This document shows, piece after piece, positions 8,778 to 16,772 of a stretch of DNA of 31,665 nucleotides. The stretch lies in assembly GCA_037134055.1 (NCBI GenBank), contig JBAXMY010000001.1:1-31665 (forward strand). The letters run 5' to 3'. The position numbers and the translations under genes were made by a program. Below the pieces are notes generated by a model, which saw only the letters and a list, made by a program, of their open reading frames with translations, was not told the DNA's origin and searched no databases. Source of the DNA: an archaeon. Lineage in GTDB: Archaea > Nanobdellota > Nanobdellia > Pacearchaeales > GW2011-AR1. Positions within the stretch are counted from its first letter, which is position 1; each line of letters opens with the position of its first letter.

Positions 8778-9038
8778 TCAGTATTCCCTCTTTTTGCTTG
8801 TAGCATTGATGGCAATACTTGCACCCGCAACTGCAGTAATCAAACTAAGTCCATTTCCATGAAGACCTTCATGCTTGTATGGGTTCAAAGAAGCCTTTTC
8901 CCTGAATTCCTCAGCCGGCATTTCATATCTATGGGCATGATCCTGAACCATGTTGTAGGTCCTTACTCCCAGGTCGATTGTACCAGTTGCTAGCACATAT
9001 CCTAGAGCGCCTATTGCGATGTTTTGTAGTGTGTTCAT
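8778..9038 (-). CDS. Small protein with two hydrophobic helices (paralog of 8401..8652)
   Basis: The track start at 9080 is TTG. ATG 9038 (MNTLQ) follows AGGAGG at 9058-9053 and aligns with the paralog: GTIDLGVRTYN...YKHEG. Confidence 0.75.
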   Translation of the reverse strand: MNTLQNIAIGALGYVLATGTIDLGVRTYNMVQDHAHRYEMPAEEFREKASLNPYKHEGLHGNGLSLITAVAGASIAINATSKKREY

Positions 9039-9173
9039 TGTCTTTTTTTCATCCTCCTTTCTACTTCTCCCAGGTGACAAAGATAGATGTTAATTTACCC
9101 TAAAATATAAGGGTATCACATGTAAAACCTATACCTCCTCGGCCCTGGAAAGGTCCAATAAACACCAACAAAC

Positions 9174-9181
9174 TATAAAAA
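9174..9181 (+). promoter_or_regulatory. TATA box for the pilin-like / giant-protein operon
   Basis: AAAC-TATAAAAA lies at -29..-22 from ATG 9203, not from 9188. Confidence 0.7.
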
Positions 9182-9202
9182 TCCAAAATGCCCATAGAAT
9201 GT

Positions 9203-9934
9203 ATGAATAAACAAGGTCAGATAGCTATTTTTGTTATTGTTGCCATAGCCGTCGTCATTATAATTATGGGCCTCTTCCTATTTGTGAATCGAGGACCTTC
9301 TACAAATGCGTCCTTGTCTTCAGATACCTCAAAAGTCAAAGAATATGTACAACAATGTATTAATCAAAGACAAATTGACGCCATCAGGATTGTTGGATTG
9401 CAGGGAGGATATATAGTTCTACCTGACAACTATTTAGATACGGGGCTCTACCAAGTTGCCTATGGACAATCTTTGGGCCAAAATACTCTTCCTTCAAAAG
9501 AAAAAATTGCCAGAGAAATATCATCCTACATTGAGTATACGTCCCCTGGATGCATAAATCAAGATAAATTTTTCACAATGGATATATCGCCCGGAGAAGC
9601 AAATGTAAACACAACAATAAGCAACGGAAAAATAACTTCCAGAATGATATTTCCAATATCTGTCACAAAGGAAAACTCCACTTCAATTGTTGGAGCAAAT
9701 TATGAATCCACTGTTAATGTTAGATTCGACGAAATTTACTCTTTCGCACAGGGGATTGTCAAAAAACAGATTGCTGATTCTAAATATATCGATATGACCT
9801 ATCTTTCCAGTTCAAAGTTTAAAGTGGGCATCGTACCATTTGATAATAAAACTACTACTTTTACGATAATTGATGATTCCTCTAGGATTGAAAATATATC
9901 CTATTCCTTCCAATTTGCGAGCGTGATAAAATGA
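9203..9934 (+). CDS. Type IV pilin-like (class III signal peptide) surface protein
   Basis: MNKQG/QIAIFVIVAIAVVIIIMGLFLF followed by a helical then beta-rich body with two Cys; ATGA overlap with the next gene. Confidence 0.7.
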   Translation: MNKQGQIAIFVIVAIAVVIIIMGLFLFVNRGPSTNASLSSDTSKVKEYVQQCINQRQIDAIRIVGLQGGYIVLPDNYLDTGLYQVAYGQSLGQNTLPSKEKIAREISSYIEYTSPGCINQDKFFTMDISPGEANVNTTISNGKITSRMIFPISVTKENSTSIVGANYESTVNVRFDEIYSFAQGIVKKQIADSKYIDMTYLSSSKFKVGIVPFDNKTTTFTIIDDSSRIENISYSFQFASVIK

Positions 9935-12900
9935 TAATGAAAAATAAATTCTTAGTGATATCATCCATTTTCATATTTATAATAATCGTTCAGATTGGCA
10001 TAATGAGCGCAGCAACAACTAGTACAACTCCAGACCCACAAACTACACCTTCAACTCAACAAACTTCTGCAACACAAACAAAAACAACTTCGAATGCAGA
10101 TGACACAATTGTTCCTGAAGGATATACTAAAAAAGGAGACCTCTACGAATGCAGGGGTGCCAAAGACCCGTTAGTATTAAATGGCATCAAGGTTTATGCT
10201 GAAAAGGGGAGCACCATCAAGTATTCAAAGGGAAATTTTGAGATTACTGGAAAAATAAATCAGATAGAATCTGGAAAAACAGTTCTAAAAGATATAACTG
10301 ATGCACAGCTGCAGATAGTATCTAATGAAATCGTCATGGCATCATTCACTGCCGCAGAGAAAGGAGATTACTCTTTTAATTACAACGCACAAGATTTTAA
10401 GTTCTCAGTTGACAAAGGCGGCAAAGTGTATTTCAACCCAAGGGTAAATGAAATTGGAGGAAAAGATACCTCTTTTGATTTCACGAATGCCAATAAAGAA
10501 ACTCAGTCCTTCAAATCTTCTGGAAACTTTGCAGCCAAACTGGAAAATGGAAGAGTGTCCAGAGCAGCCACTGATAGTGGAAGAATTGAATTTACAGACA
10601 GTAGTGGGAAAAAATATTCAGCTCAAGACATATACTTTGATGGAAAACAAGATCTTTCACAAACAAAGGGCTCTGCCATTTCAATAAACGGAAATGAAAT
10701 CCTCTTTAAAGGAATGGCGAGGTTAGATGGCACAGAATCATCTAAGATAAGTTACTCTGGTTTAAGCTCAGATATGTTGACAAAATATGATTCAGAAAAG
10801 AATTCATTTGAATGTGCCCAGGGAAATGCAAAGATTACAAATACGGGAAAGGAATTTCTTCTTGAAAACGGACAGATTAAAACACCAACTGGAGAACCAT
10901 CTAAAGATATCAAAGAAATGCAATTGGCCTATGCAACAAAATCCACTCCAAGCCAGAATCTGGCAGTTTACAATGATATGGATGGCGTAAAGATATATGC
11001 AGAAAAAGACGGACAAACCAAAGCAGGAATACGAGATGGACAATACATTACTTCATATGGTATTTTCGCAACACAAGAGTCCATGGCCAATTATGGTCAA
11101 CAAGTACTGGATAATCAAAGAAAAATTCTAGAAGATAAAATCTCTTCAGTCAGTAACGTGTTAGATACTAATTATGATGCTCTTTCTCCTTCTGAAAGAA
11201 ATGCTTTGAAATATCAATTAGCTGCTCTATATGCAGAAGGAACAACGGATTTTGATGACTATGGAAAAGAGAAGTATAATCAACTTCAATCATTAACAAA
11301 GGAATTGGCAGCCAGTCCTGAATATTCCTCCCTTGCCTTAGGTTTAGAAAGAAATGCGCAATTTAATCTTGGTAAGTACGAGGATGTCTATGAAAACCTG
11401 CAAGAGAGTATGAAAAACGCAAAGGATGTAGCAACCAGAACACAAGTTGATGCAGACTTCGCCAGATATTATACAGATATGCGAAACCCTAATGCAGACC
11501 CTCCAAAGGCATACACTTATTTGTCCGATGCAGTTCGTTCTGATCCAAACAATAAAGTATTAAAAAATGCCCAAAGACAAATGGCGATTGCACTATTCAA
11601 ATATGATGGCGAAATTGCTCAAAATATGCAAGAACAAGCAGCAAGTTCTTATGAAACTGATCAGCTGGTTACTAGCAATGATGAATATGCGGAAATGTGG
11701 AAAGCACTTTCGCCAACAAACTATAAAATTGGTTTGACTTCGGCATACTTAGCTCTTGGAACAGATTATATGCAGAATAAAGAAATAAACTTTGAGAATT
11801 TCATGAAATCTCAAAGCGAAAACAAACGCGGAGATGATTATGTTTCATATCTATTGGGAAAAAAAGAAAATGGAGATTACAAATATTCTTTTGAGGAAAT
11901 TATAAACTTTAAGCCGAGAGACTACATGGAAGTGCTTGGAGTTTCCTCAGACAAGGCTATTGCAATCCAAAGTTATGTGGCTAACACTCTCCAAACAAAT
12001 AATGGACAATTTATTAAAAGTGGTGGAGCTGGTAAGTTTTCAGCCGATTTCGTGAACGATCTTTCATTTTTAGATAGTTGGGGGGTAAAAGCGTTAGGAG
12101 GTGCTACATCTCCTCTCGCCACTACAGCTACACTTGGCCCAGTAGCCTTAGCTCCTGGAAGTTTTGGGATATCTGCAGCTACCGGATGGAGAGCAATTAC
12201 GGGTGCAAGCGAGATTACTGGTGGAACAACAGTTTCAGAAGCATTGATATCTGGTTTAGCCAGCAGATCAGCTTTGGCAAATGGTGCGATTACTTCAATA
12301 TCTGAAGCTAGCGCTGCGATGAGTAACGCGGGCAAGAGCTTATTGATAACTAAAGCTAGTTTTGGCAGTACGGCCGCAGACCTAACAGTTGGAGCTGCAG
12401 GTCTTGCAGGAGATGTTGGGGTAGGTACCGCTGCAGGTCTTGCTATTCAAGCTACTGTGCCAGGTCCGGCTGGAGAAATGTTGTCTATGCTTGTTGTTCC
12501 GGGACAGATGAAGGGTCTTTCTAAGGAAGGTGCATCCTTGCTTAGTTCTGAACTCAAACAAGAAGCTCGAGCAGGTCTAAAAGATATAATTCCAGGCACA
12601 AAACTCGGCGAGTTTAGTCTAGTTTTCGAAGATGCCTCTGCTGCTGAAAAAATGTTAAAAAATACTAAAATATTCGGCGCTCATACATCAGATCCAATGA
12701 GAGTTTATCAAACTGGTGATATGGAACTTCTTTTGACCGAAATTGCTGGTCAAGATAATGCGCTCTCAGCAAAATTCTATTCTAGGAATCTAGCCAACCT
12801 AGATTCTGTCTCGGGTTTAACAAGTGCAGAAGCGAGAGCTGAAGCATTTACAGCTAGTAGAATGCTTGATGGTCCAAACGGAGAATTGAATCGTGTACTT

Positions 12901-13689
12901 TTCGCACAAGTTACTGATGATGCTGCAGCAACTGCTGAGAGACTTTGGGAACCAATATTATCTAGAGGAGCCGCGCAAGCAGACGCAGTTTCAGTCAAAC
13001 AATTAGGAGTGGAAGGTGAAAAAAGAGTACAAGTGCTATACGAGTTAATGAAGTTACGATTTGCAGAGAAAACTGGTATGCCTGTTGAATCAATGCCTAA
13101 TTTACAGTTTGGTGGGCCAACCGCATATAGTCGAATGAGTCATAGAATGACGATTGATTCAAATCAACCAATGTCAGAGATTGTGGAGAGCTTAGCAGAA
13201 GAGCTTGGACATTCCATACGTTGGGTTAAAAATCCAATCCCATTTAAACCTAGAACTGGAGAAGTTTCTGATGAGTTTGTTGGCTGGATGAGTAGAGAGC
13301 TTGCTTATGAAGATCCATATTTGAGAAAGTTTTTCGTTCGTGAACCTTCGATATCTTACGAATTTAATGGAAAATCGTTTAAAGAACTCATTAGTGGATA
13401 TTCAGAAGAGATAAGATATTTGAAGGGGAAAAAAGTAGAATATACAGAACGTCTATCTGAACCGGACATTTCTCTAGCTGACAAAGTAGATTATGGAAAA
13501 CGATTAAAAGAAACAGAAAAAGACTTAATAGATGAAGTTAGAGGTTTTAACCACGTTATAGGTTATTGGTCTAGTGGTAGTTTGCGTATAACAGACTTAA
13601 GTGCTCAAGATATACGATTATTATACGAAACATCCGGACAAAACTTAGTTTCTAAGTACATTCAACCATATATTAAATATGCAAAATAA
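9931..13689 (+). CDS. 1252-aa exported modular protein with C-terminal EExxH zincin-like domain (polymorphic-toxin-like)
   Basis: Signal peptide, Thr/Gln/Pro linker, beta-rich region, helical TPR-like region, Gly/Ala hydrophobic segment (aa ~717-858), then E1090-E-L-G-H1094, S-D-E1115-F and H1208-x-x-x-Y1212. Confidence 0.85.
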   Translation: MIMKNKFLVISSIFIFIIIVQIGIMSAATTSTTPDPQTTPSTQQTSATQTKTTSNADDTIVPEGYTKKGDLYECRGAKDPLVLNGIKVYAEKGSTIKYSKGNFEITGKINQIESGKTVLKDITDAQLQIVSNEIVMASFTAAEKGDYSFNYNAQDFKFSVDKGGKVYFNPRVNEIGGKDTSFDFTNANKETQSFKSSGNFAAKLENGRVSRAATDSGRIEFTDSSGKKYSAQDIYFDGKQDLSQTKGSAISINGNEILFKGMARLDGTESSKISYSGLSSDMLTKYDSEKNSFECAQGNAKITNTGKEFLLENGQIKTPTGEPSKDIKEMQLAYATKSTPSQNLAVYNDMDGVKIYAEKDGQTKAGIRDGQYITSYGIFATQESMANYGQQVLDNQRKILEDKISSVSNVLDTNYDALSPSERNALKYQLAALYAEGTTDFDDYGKEKYNQLQSLTKELAASPEYSSLALGLERNAQFNLGKYEDVYENLQESMKNAKDVATRTQVDADFARYYTDMRNPNADPPKAYTYLSDAVRSDPNNKVLKNAQRQMAIALFKYDGEIAQNMQEQAASSYETDQLVTSNDEYAEMWKALSPTNYKIGLTSAYLALGTDYMQNKEINFENFMKSQSENKRGDDYVSYLLGKKENGDYKYSFEEIINFKPRDYMEVLGVSSDKAIAIQSYVANTLQTNNGQFIKSGGAGKFSADFVNDLSFLDSWGVKALGGATSPLATTATLGPVALAPGSFGISAATGWRAITGASEITGGTTVSEALISGLASRSALANGAITSISEASAAMSNAGKSLLITKASFGSTAADLTVGAAGLAGDVGVGTAAGLAIQATVPGPAGEMLSMLVVPGQMKGLSKEGASLLSSELKQEARAGLKDIIPGTKLGEFSLVFEDASAAEKMLKNTKIFGAHTSDPMRVYQTGDMELLLTEIAGQDNALSAKFYSRNLANLDSVSGLTSAEARAEAFTASRMLDGPNGELNRVLFAQVTDDAAATAERLWEPILSRGAAQADAVSVKQLGVEGEKRVQVLYELMKLRFAEKTGMPVESMPNLQFGGPTAYSRMSHRMTIDSNQPMSEIVESLAEELGHSIRWVKNPIPFKPRTGEVSDEFVGWMSRELAYEDPYLRKFFVREPSISYEFNGKSFKELISGYSEEIRYLKGKKVEYTERLSEPDISLADKVDYGKRLKETEKDLIDEVRGFNHVIGYWSSGSLRITDLSAQDIRLLYETSGQNLVSKYIQPYIKYAK

Positions 13690-13714
13690 ACAATAATAAG
13701 CAAAAATAACAACC

Positions 13715-13722
13715 TATAAAAA
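13715..13722 (+). promoter_or_regulatory. TATA box for polB
   Basis: AACC-TATAAAAA at -29..-22. Confidence 0.75.
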
Positions 13723-13743
13723 TCTCCCCAACCATCTAGAAGA

Positions 13744-16140
13744 ATGACGAGCATTAAAGGATTCATTGTGCAGGCAGACTATCAGATAATTGACGACAAA
13801 ACCTATGTACAACTATTTGGAAGACTGGAAAATGGCCAATCATTTGCCACAGTCAACAAAGTCAAGCCATACATGTTCATAGCTGAGAAAGAACTAAAGA
13901 AAGCCAACAAACTTCTCAGCAAATATGAAACAGAAAAAACCTCGTTGAAAACATTCGCAGGGGAAAAAGTCATAAAAATAAGTCATGACCTTCAAGCAGA
14001 GCTAGGAAAACTAGCATCCGCACTTCACAAACTTGATATTCCAACCTATGAATCGGATATCAAGCCACATACGCGATTCATAATTGACCAGGACCTTTTA
14101 GGAAGCCTAGAAATTCAAGGCGAATACGACCCTTCTGAGAAAGTCGACCGCGTCTATAGGGAAGCTAAAATCAAGCAAAGTGATTACAAACCAAATTTGA
14201 AAACTCTATCCCTGGATATAGAAACTGACGGGCAGACAAAGAAACTTCTCTGCATCGGCTTGTATGCACCAGGATATAAGCAAACATTTATGATTACCAA
14301 CCAAAAACTGCGGGAAACCGTTTCATGCAAGAATGAAACCGACTGCCTTCTCAAGTTTAAAGAAGCAATAAACAAATTTGATCCAGACATTATCACCGGA
14401 TGGAATGTCATTGACTTTGATATGAAGTACCTACAAGATTTATTCAAAGAAAATAGAATTCCGTTTGACATTGGAAGAACGAATGCAGAAGCCAAGACAA
14501 GAATTGAAGATAACTTCTTCCGTTCTTCAAGTATGGACATTCCTGGAAGAATGGTCCTTGATGGATTGAATATGATAAAAGACCCATTCATCAAAGAAGC
14601 CCCATCAATAAAAAATGCAGAATTCGAATCCTATAAATTAGAAGATGTCGCCCAGGAAATTCTAGGAAAAGGAAAGATTCTCAAAGGAAAGGGAAGACAC
14701 GATGAAATCTCTCAGCTCTATAAAAAAGACCAGCAAAAACTTGTTGACTACAACATGAAAGACTGTGAACTAGCCTATGAAATTCTTGAAAAAACAAAGA
14801 TGATTGACCTGGCAATAGAGCGTTCGCAATTGGTGGGCCTAGAATTAGACAGGCTAACTGCTTCCATTGCCGCATTCGACTCCCTGTATATAAGAGAAGC
14901 AAGGAAACACGGCTTAGTCTCTCCAAGCACAGTATACGGACAAAAAGATGAACGTCTCAAGGGAGGATATGTCTTTTCTAGCAAGGCAGGAATATTCCGT
15001 AATGTCCTAGTCCTAGACTTCAAATCCCTATACCCTTCAATTATCTGCACATTTAACATAGATCCGGCAGCTCACATTAAAAATAAAAAAGAACTGAAGA
15101 AAGAAAAAGATCCCGTAGAATCTCCAAATAAGGAATATTTCAAGAACCAGGAAGGCATTTTGCCAGGAATAATTGGCAAACTTCATTTTGCAAGAGAAAA
15201 AGCAAAGCAAGAAAAACGAGAACTCTCCAGCTACGCAATAAAAATAATCATGAACTCATTCTGGGGTGTTCTTGCTTCACCAAACTGCAGATATTTCGAT
15301 TTCAACATGGCCAGCTCCATTACGGCATTCGCAAGATGGGCAATCCAAGATACGGCGAAGGAAATTGAAAAATTAGGGTATAAAGTAATTTACAGTGATA
15401 CGGATTCCGTATTCATAGAAACTGGCCTTGACAAAGAAAAGGCAGGCAAACTTGGATATGAAATACAGAATACAATCAATAAGTTCTACCATGACTACGT
15501 GCAGAAGCATTTCAAGAGAAAATCTTTCCTGGAATTGCAATTTGAAAAACACTTCCTCTCTTTAATGATTCCAGGTGTGAGAATGAAGCCAGCAAAGAAG
15601 AAAGCAAGCAAAGAAAAGGAAGAGCCGGAGAAAGAAGTAGAAAAGGTAGCTGCAAAGAAGCGTTACGCCGGACTTCTTTGGAAAAATGGAAAAGAAGAAC
15701 TGCAAATTACTGGCCTGGAAGCAATAAGAGGAGATTGGACAGAAGCCGCGCAGGAATTCCAGAAGGAATTATTGATGAAAACATTCCACAATGAACCTGT
15801 TGAGAAGTTTATTGCGCAATATGTAAAAGACATTCGTGCAGGCAAGATGGATAAACTTCTCATTTACAGAAAATCAATTAGAAAAAATCTGGCAGAATAC
15901 ACGAAGATGACTCCCCCACACGTAAAAGCAGCCCGTCTACTTGATGTATTAGATTCAAATGTAATAGAATACTATATCACAACATCAGGTCCAGAACCAA
16001 TTCAAAAACACACTCACCCTCTGGATTATGACCATTACATAACTAAGCAAATCGCCCCAATTGCCAATCAAGTTCTCTCATTGCTAGGAAAATCCTTTGA
16101 GGATTTATCACAGCCAACTAAACAGGCTAAATTGTTCTAA
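13744..16140 (+). CDS. polB: Family B DNA polymerase, bacterial Pol II-like, with proofreading exonuclease
   Basis: ExoI DIET, ExoII WNVIDFD, ExoIII YNMKD; pol motifs DFKSLYPS, KIIMNSFWG, YSDTDS, KKRYAG; Pol II-like GLEAIRGDWT, PPHVKAAR and GPEP...LDYDHY; C-terminal QAKLF. Confidence 0.97.
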   Translation: MTSIKGFIVQADYQIIDDKTYVQLFGRLENGQSFATVNKVKPYMFIAEKELKKANKLLSKYETEKTSLKTFAGEKVIKISHDLQAELGKLASALHKLDIPTYESDIKPHTRFIIDQDLLGSLEIQGEYDPSEKVDRVYREAKIKQSDYKPNLKTLSLDIETDGQTKKLLCIGLYAPGYKQTFMITNQKLRETVSCKNETDCLLKFKEAINKFDPDIITGWNVIDFDMKYLQDLFKENRIPFDIGRTNAEAKTRIEDNFFRSSSMDIPGRMVLDGLNMIKDPFIKEAPSIKNAEFESYKLEDVAQEILGKGKILKGKGRHDEISQLYKKDQQKLVDYNMKDCELAYEILEKTKMIDLAIERSQLVGLELDRLTASIAAFDSLYIREARKHGLVSPSTVYGQKDERLKGGYVFSSKAGIFRNVLVLDFKSLYPSIICTFNIDPAAHIKNKKELKKEKDPVESPNKEYFKNQEGILPGIIGKLHFAREKAKQEKRELSSYAIKIIMNSFWGVLASPNCRYFDFNMASSITAFARWAIQDTAKEIEKLGYKVIYSDTDSVFIETGLDKEKAGKLGYEIQNTINKFYHDYVQKHFKRKSFLELQFEKHFLSLMIPGVRMKPAKKKASKEKEEPEKEVEKVAAKKRYAGLLWKNGKEELQITGLEAIRGDWTEAAQEFQKELLMKTFHNEPVEKFIAQYVKDIRAGKMDKLLIYRKSIRKNLAEYTKMTPPHVKAARLLDVLDSNVIEYYITTSGPEPIQKHTHPLDYDHYITKQIAPIANQVLSLLGKSFEDLSQPTKQAKLF

Positions 16141-16484
16141 TTCAGAGCTAAAGAGACCTTAATGGCCATATCTACTTTTTTCATTAATTCTGAATTCAAG
16201 AACGAAATCTTCTTTACTACTCTTGATTTATCTATAGTCCTTATTTGATTTGATAAAATAGTAGAATCGTTATTTAAGCCAGATTCTTCACTTTTAACGA
16301 ATACATTTGTTGGATATCCCTTAGTATATATCTTAGAAGTTAATGGAATGACAATTAACAACGGACTAAATCTATTAAAAACATCGTTCTGAACAACTAC
16401 TGCTGGCCTTACTTTGCCCTGTTCACTTCCCCTAACTGGTTCAAAATTAACGAGAAGAATGTCTCCCCTTTTTATCTCCATCAT
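16137..16484 (-). CDS. mazF: MazF/PemK-family endoribonuclease toxin
   Basis: IKRGDILLVNFEPVRGSEQGKVRPAVVVQND...IPLTS...QIRTIDKSR. The start could be 16484 or 16481. Confidence 0.93.
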   Translation of the reverse strand: MMEIKRGDILLVNFEPVRGSEQGKVRPAVVVQNDVFNRFSPLLIVIPLTSKIYTKGYPTNVFVKSEESGLNNDSTILSNQIRTIDKSRVVKKISFLNSELMKKVDMAIKVSLALN

Positions 16485-16728
16485 CTTTCCATTCCCAATC
16501 TAATTCGGCGTCAGTTTGCTCCCACTCGCGATTAATCTCTAACATATCTTCAGCCATAACCTTACATCCTTCAATCATCAGATCTTCCTGTGCCCGCCTT
16601 TTACTTTCTATGGTTTGAATCATTCTGACTATCACATCTTCGTAACTTTCATTGCTTTTCTCCCTCATTCTATCCAAATCATTCTTTACATTGGCTCTAA
16701 GTTGAATGGTGCTTATTTCGTTTTTCAT
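16447..16728 (-). CDS. Antitoxin (RHH-like N-terminus, acidic C-terminus) of the MazF pair
   Basis: Immediately upstream of and overlapping mazF; STIQL...KNDLDRM...SYEDVI; acidic MAEDMLEINREWE segment. Confidence 0.8.
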   Translation of the reverse strand: MKNEISTIQLRANVKNDLDRMREKSNESYEDVIVRMIQTIESKRRAQEDLMIEGCKVMAEDMLEINREWEQTDAELDWEWKDDGDKKGRHSSR

Positions 16729-16772
16729 TATTCTATAGATAAACTATAGTTTAAAGATGTTTCTGTTCCGTT

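Noticed and set aside
8703-9115. Short inverted repeats upstream of the two microprotein paralogs (TGTTAC-N9-GTAACA at 8703-8723; TACCCT-N8-AGGGTA at 9096-9115)
   Set aside because: Only 6-bp arms, and they differ from each other; expected by chance in AT-rich DNA.
16447-16500. Frameshift or pseudogenisation of the antitoxin suggested by its long overlap with mazF
   Set aside because: Both frames are open and all expected segments are intact; a short C-terminal extension explains it.
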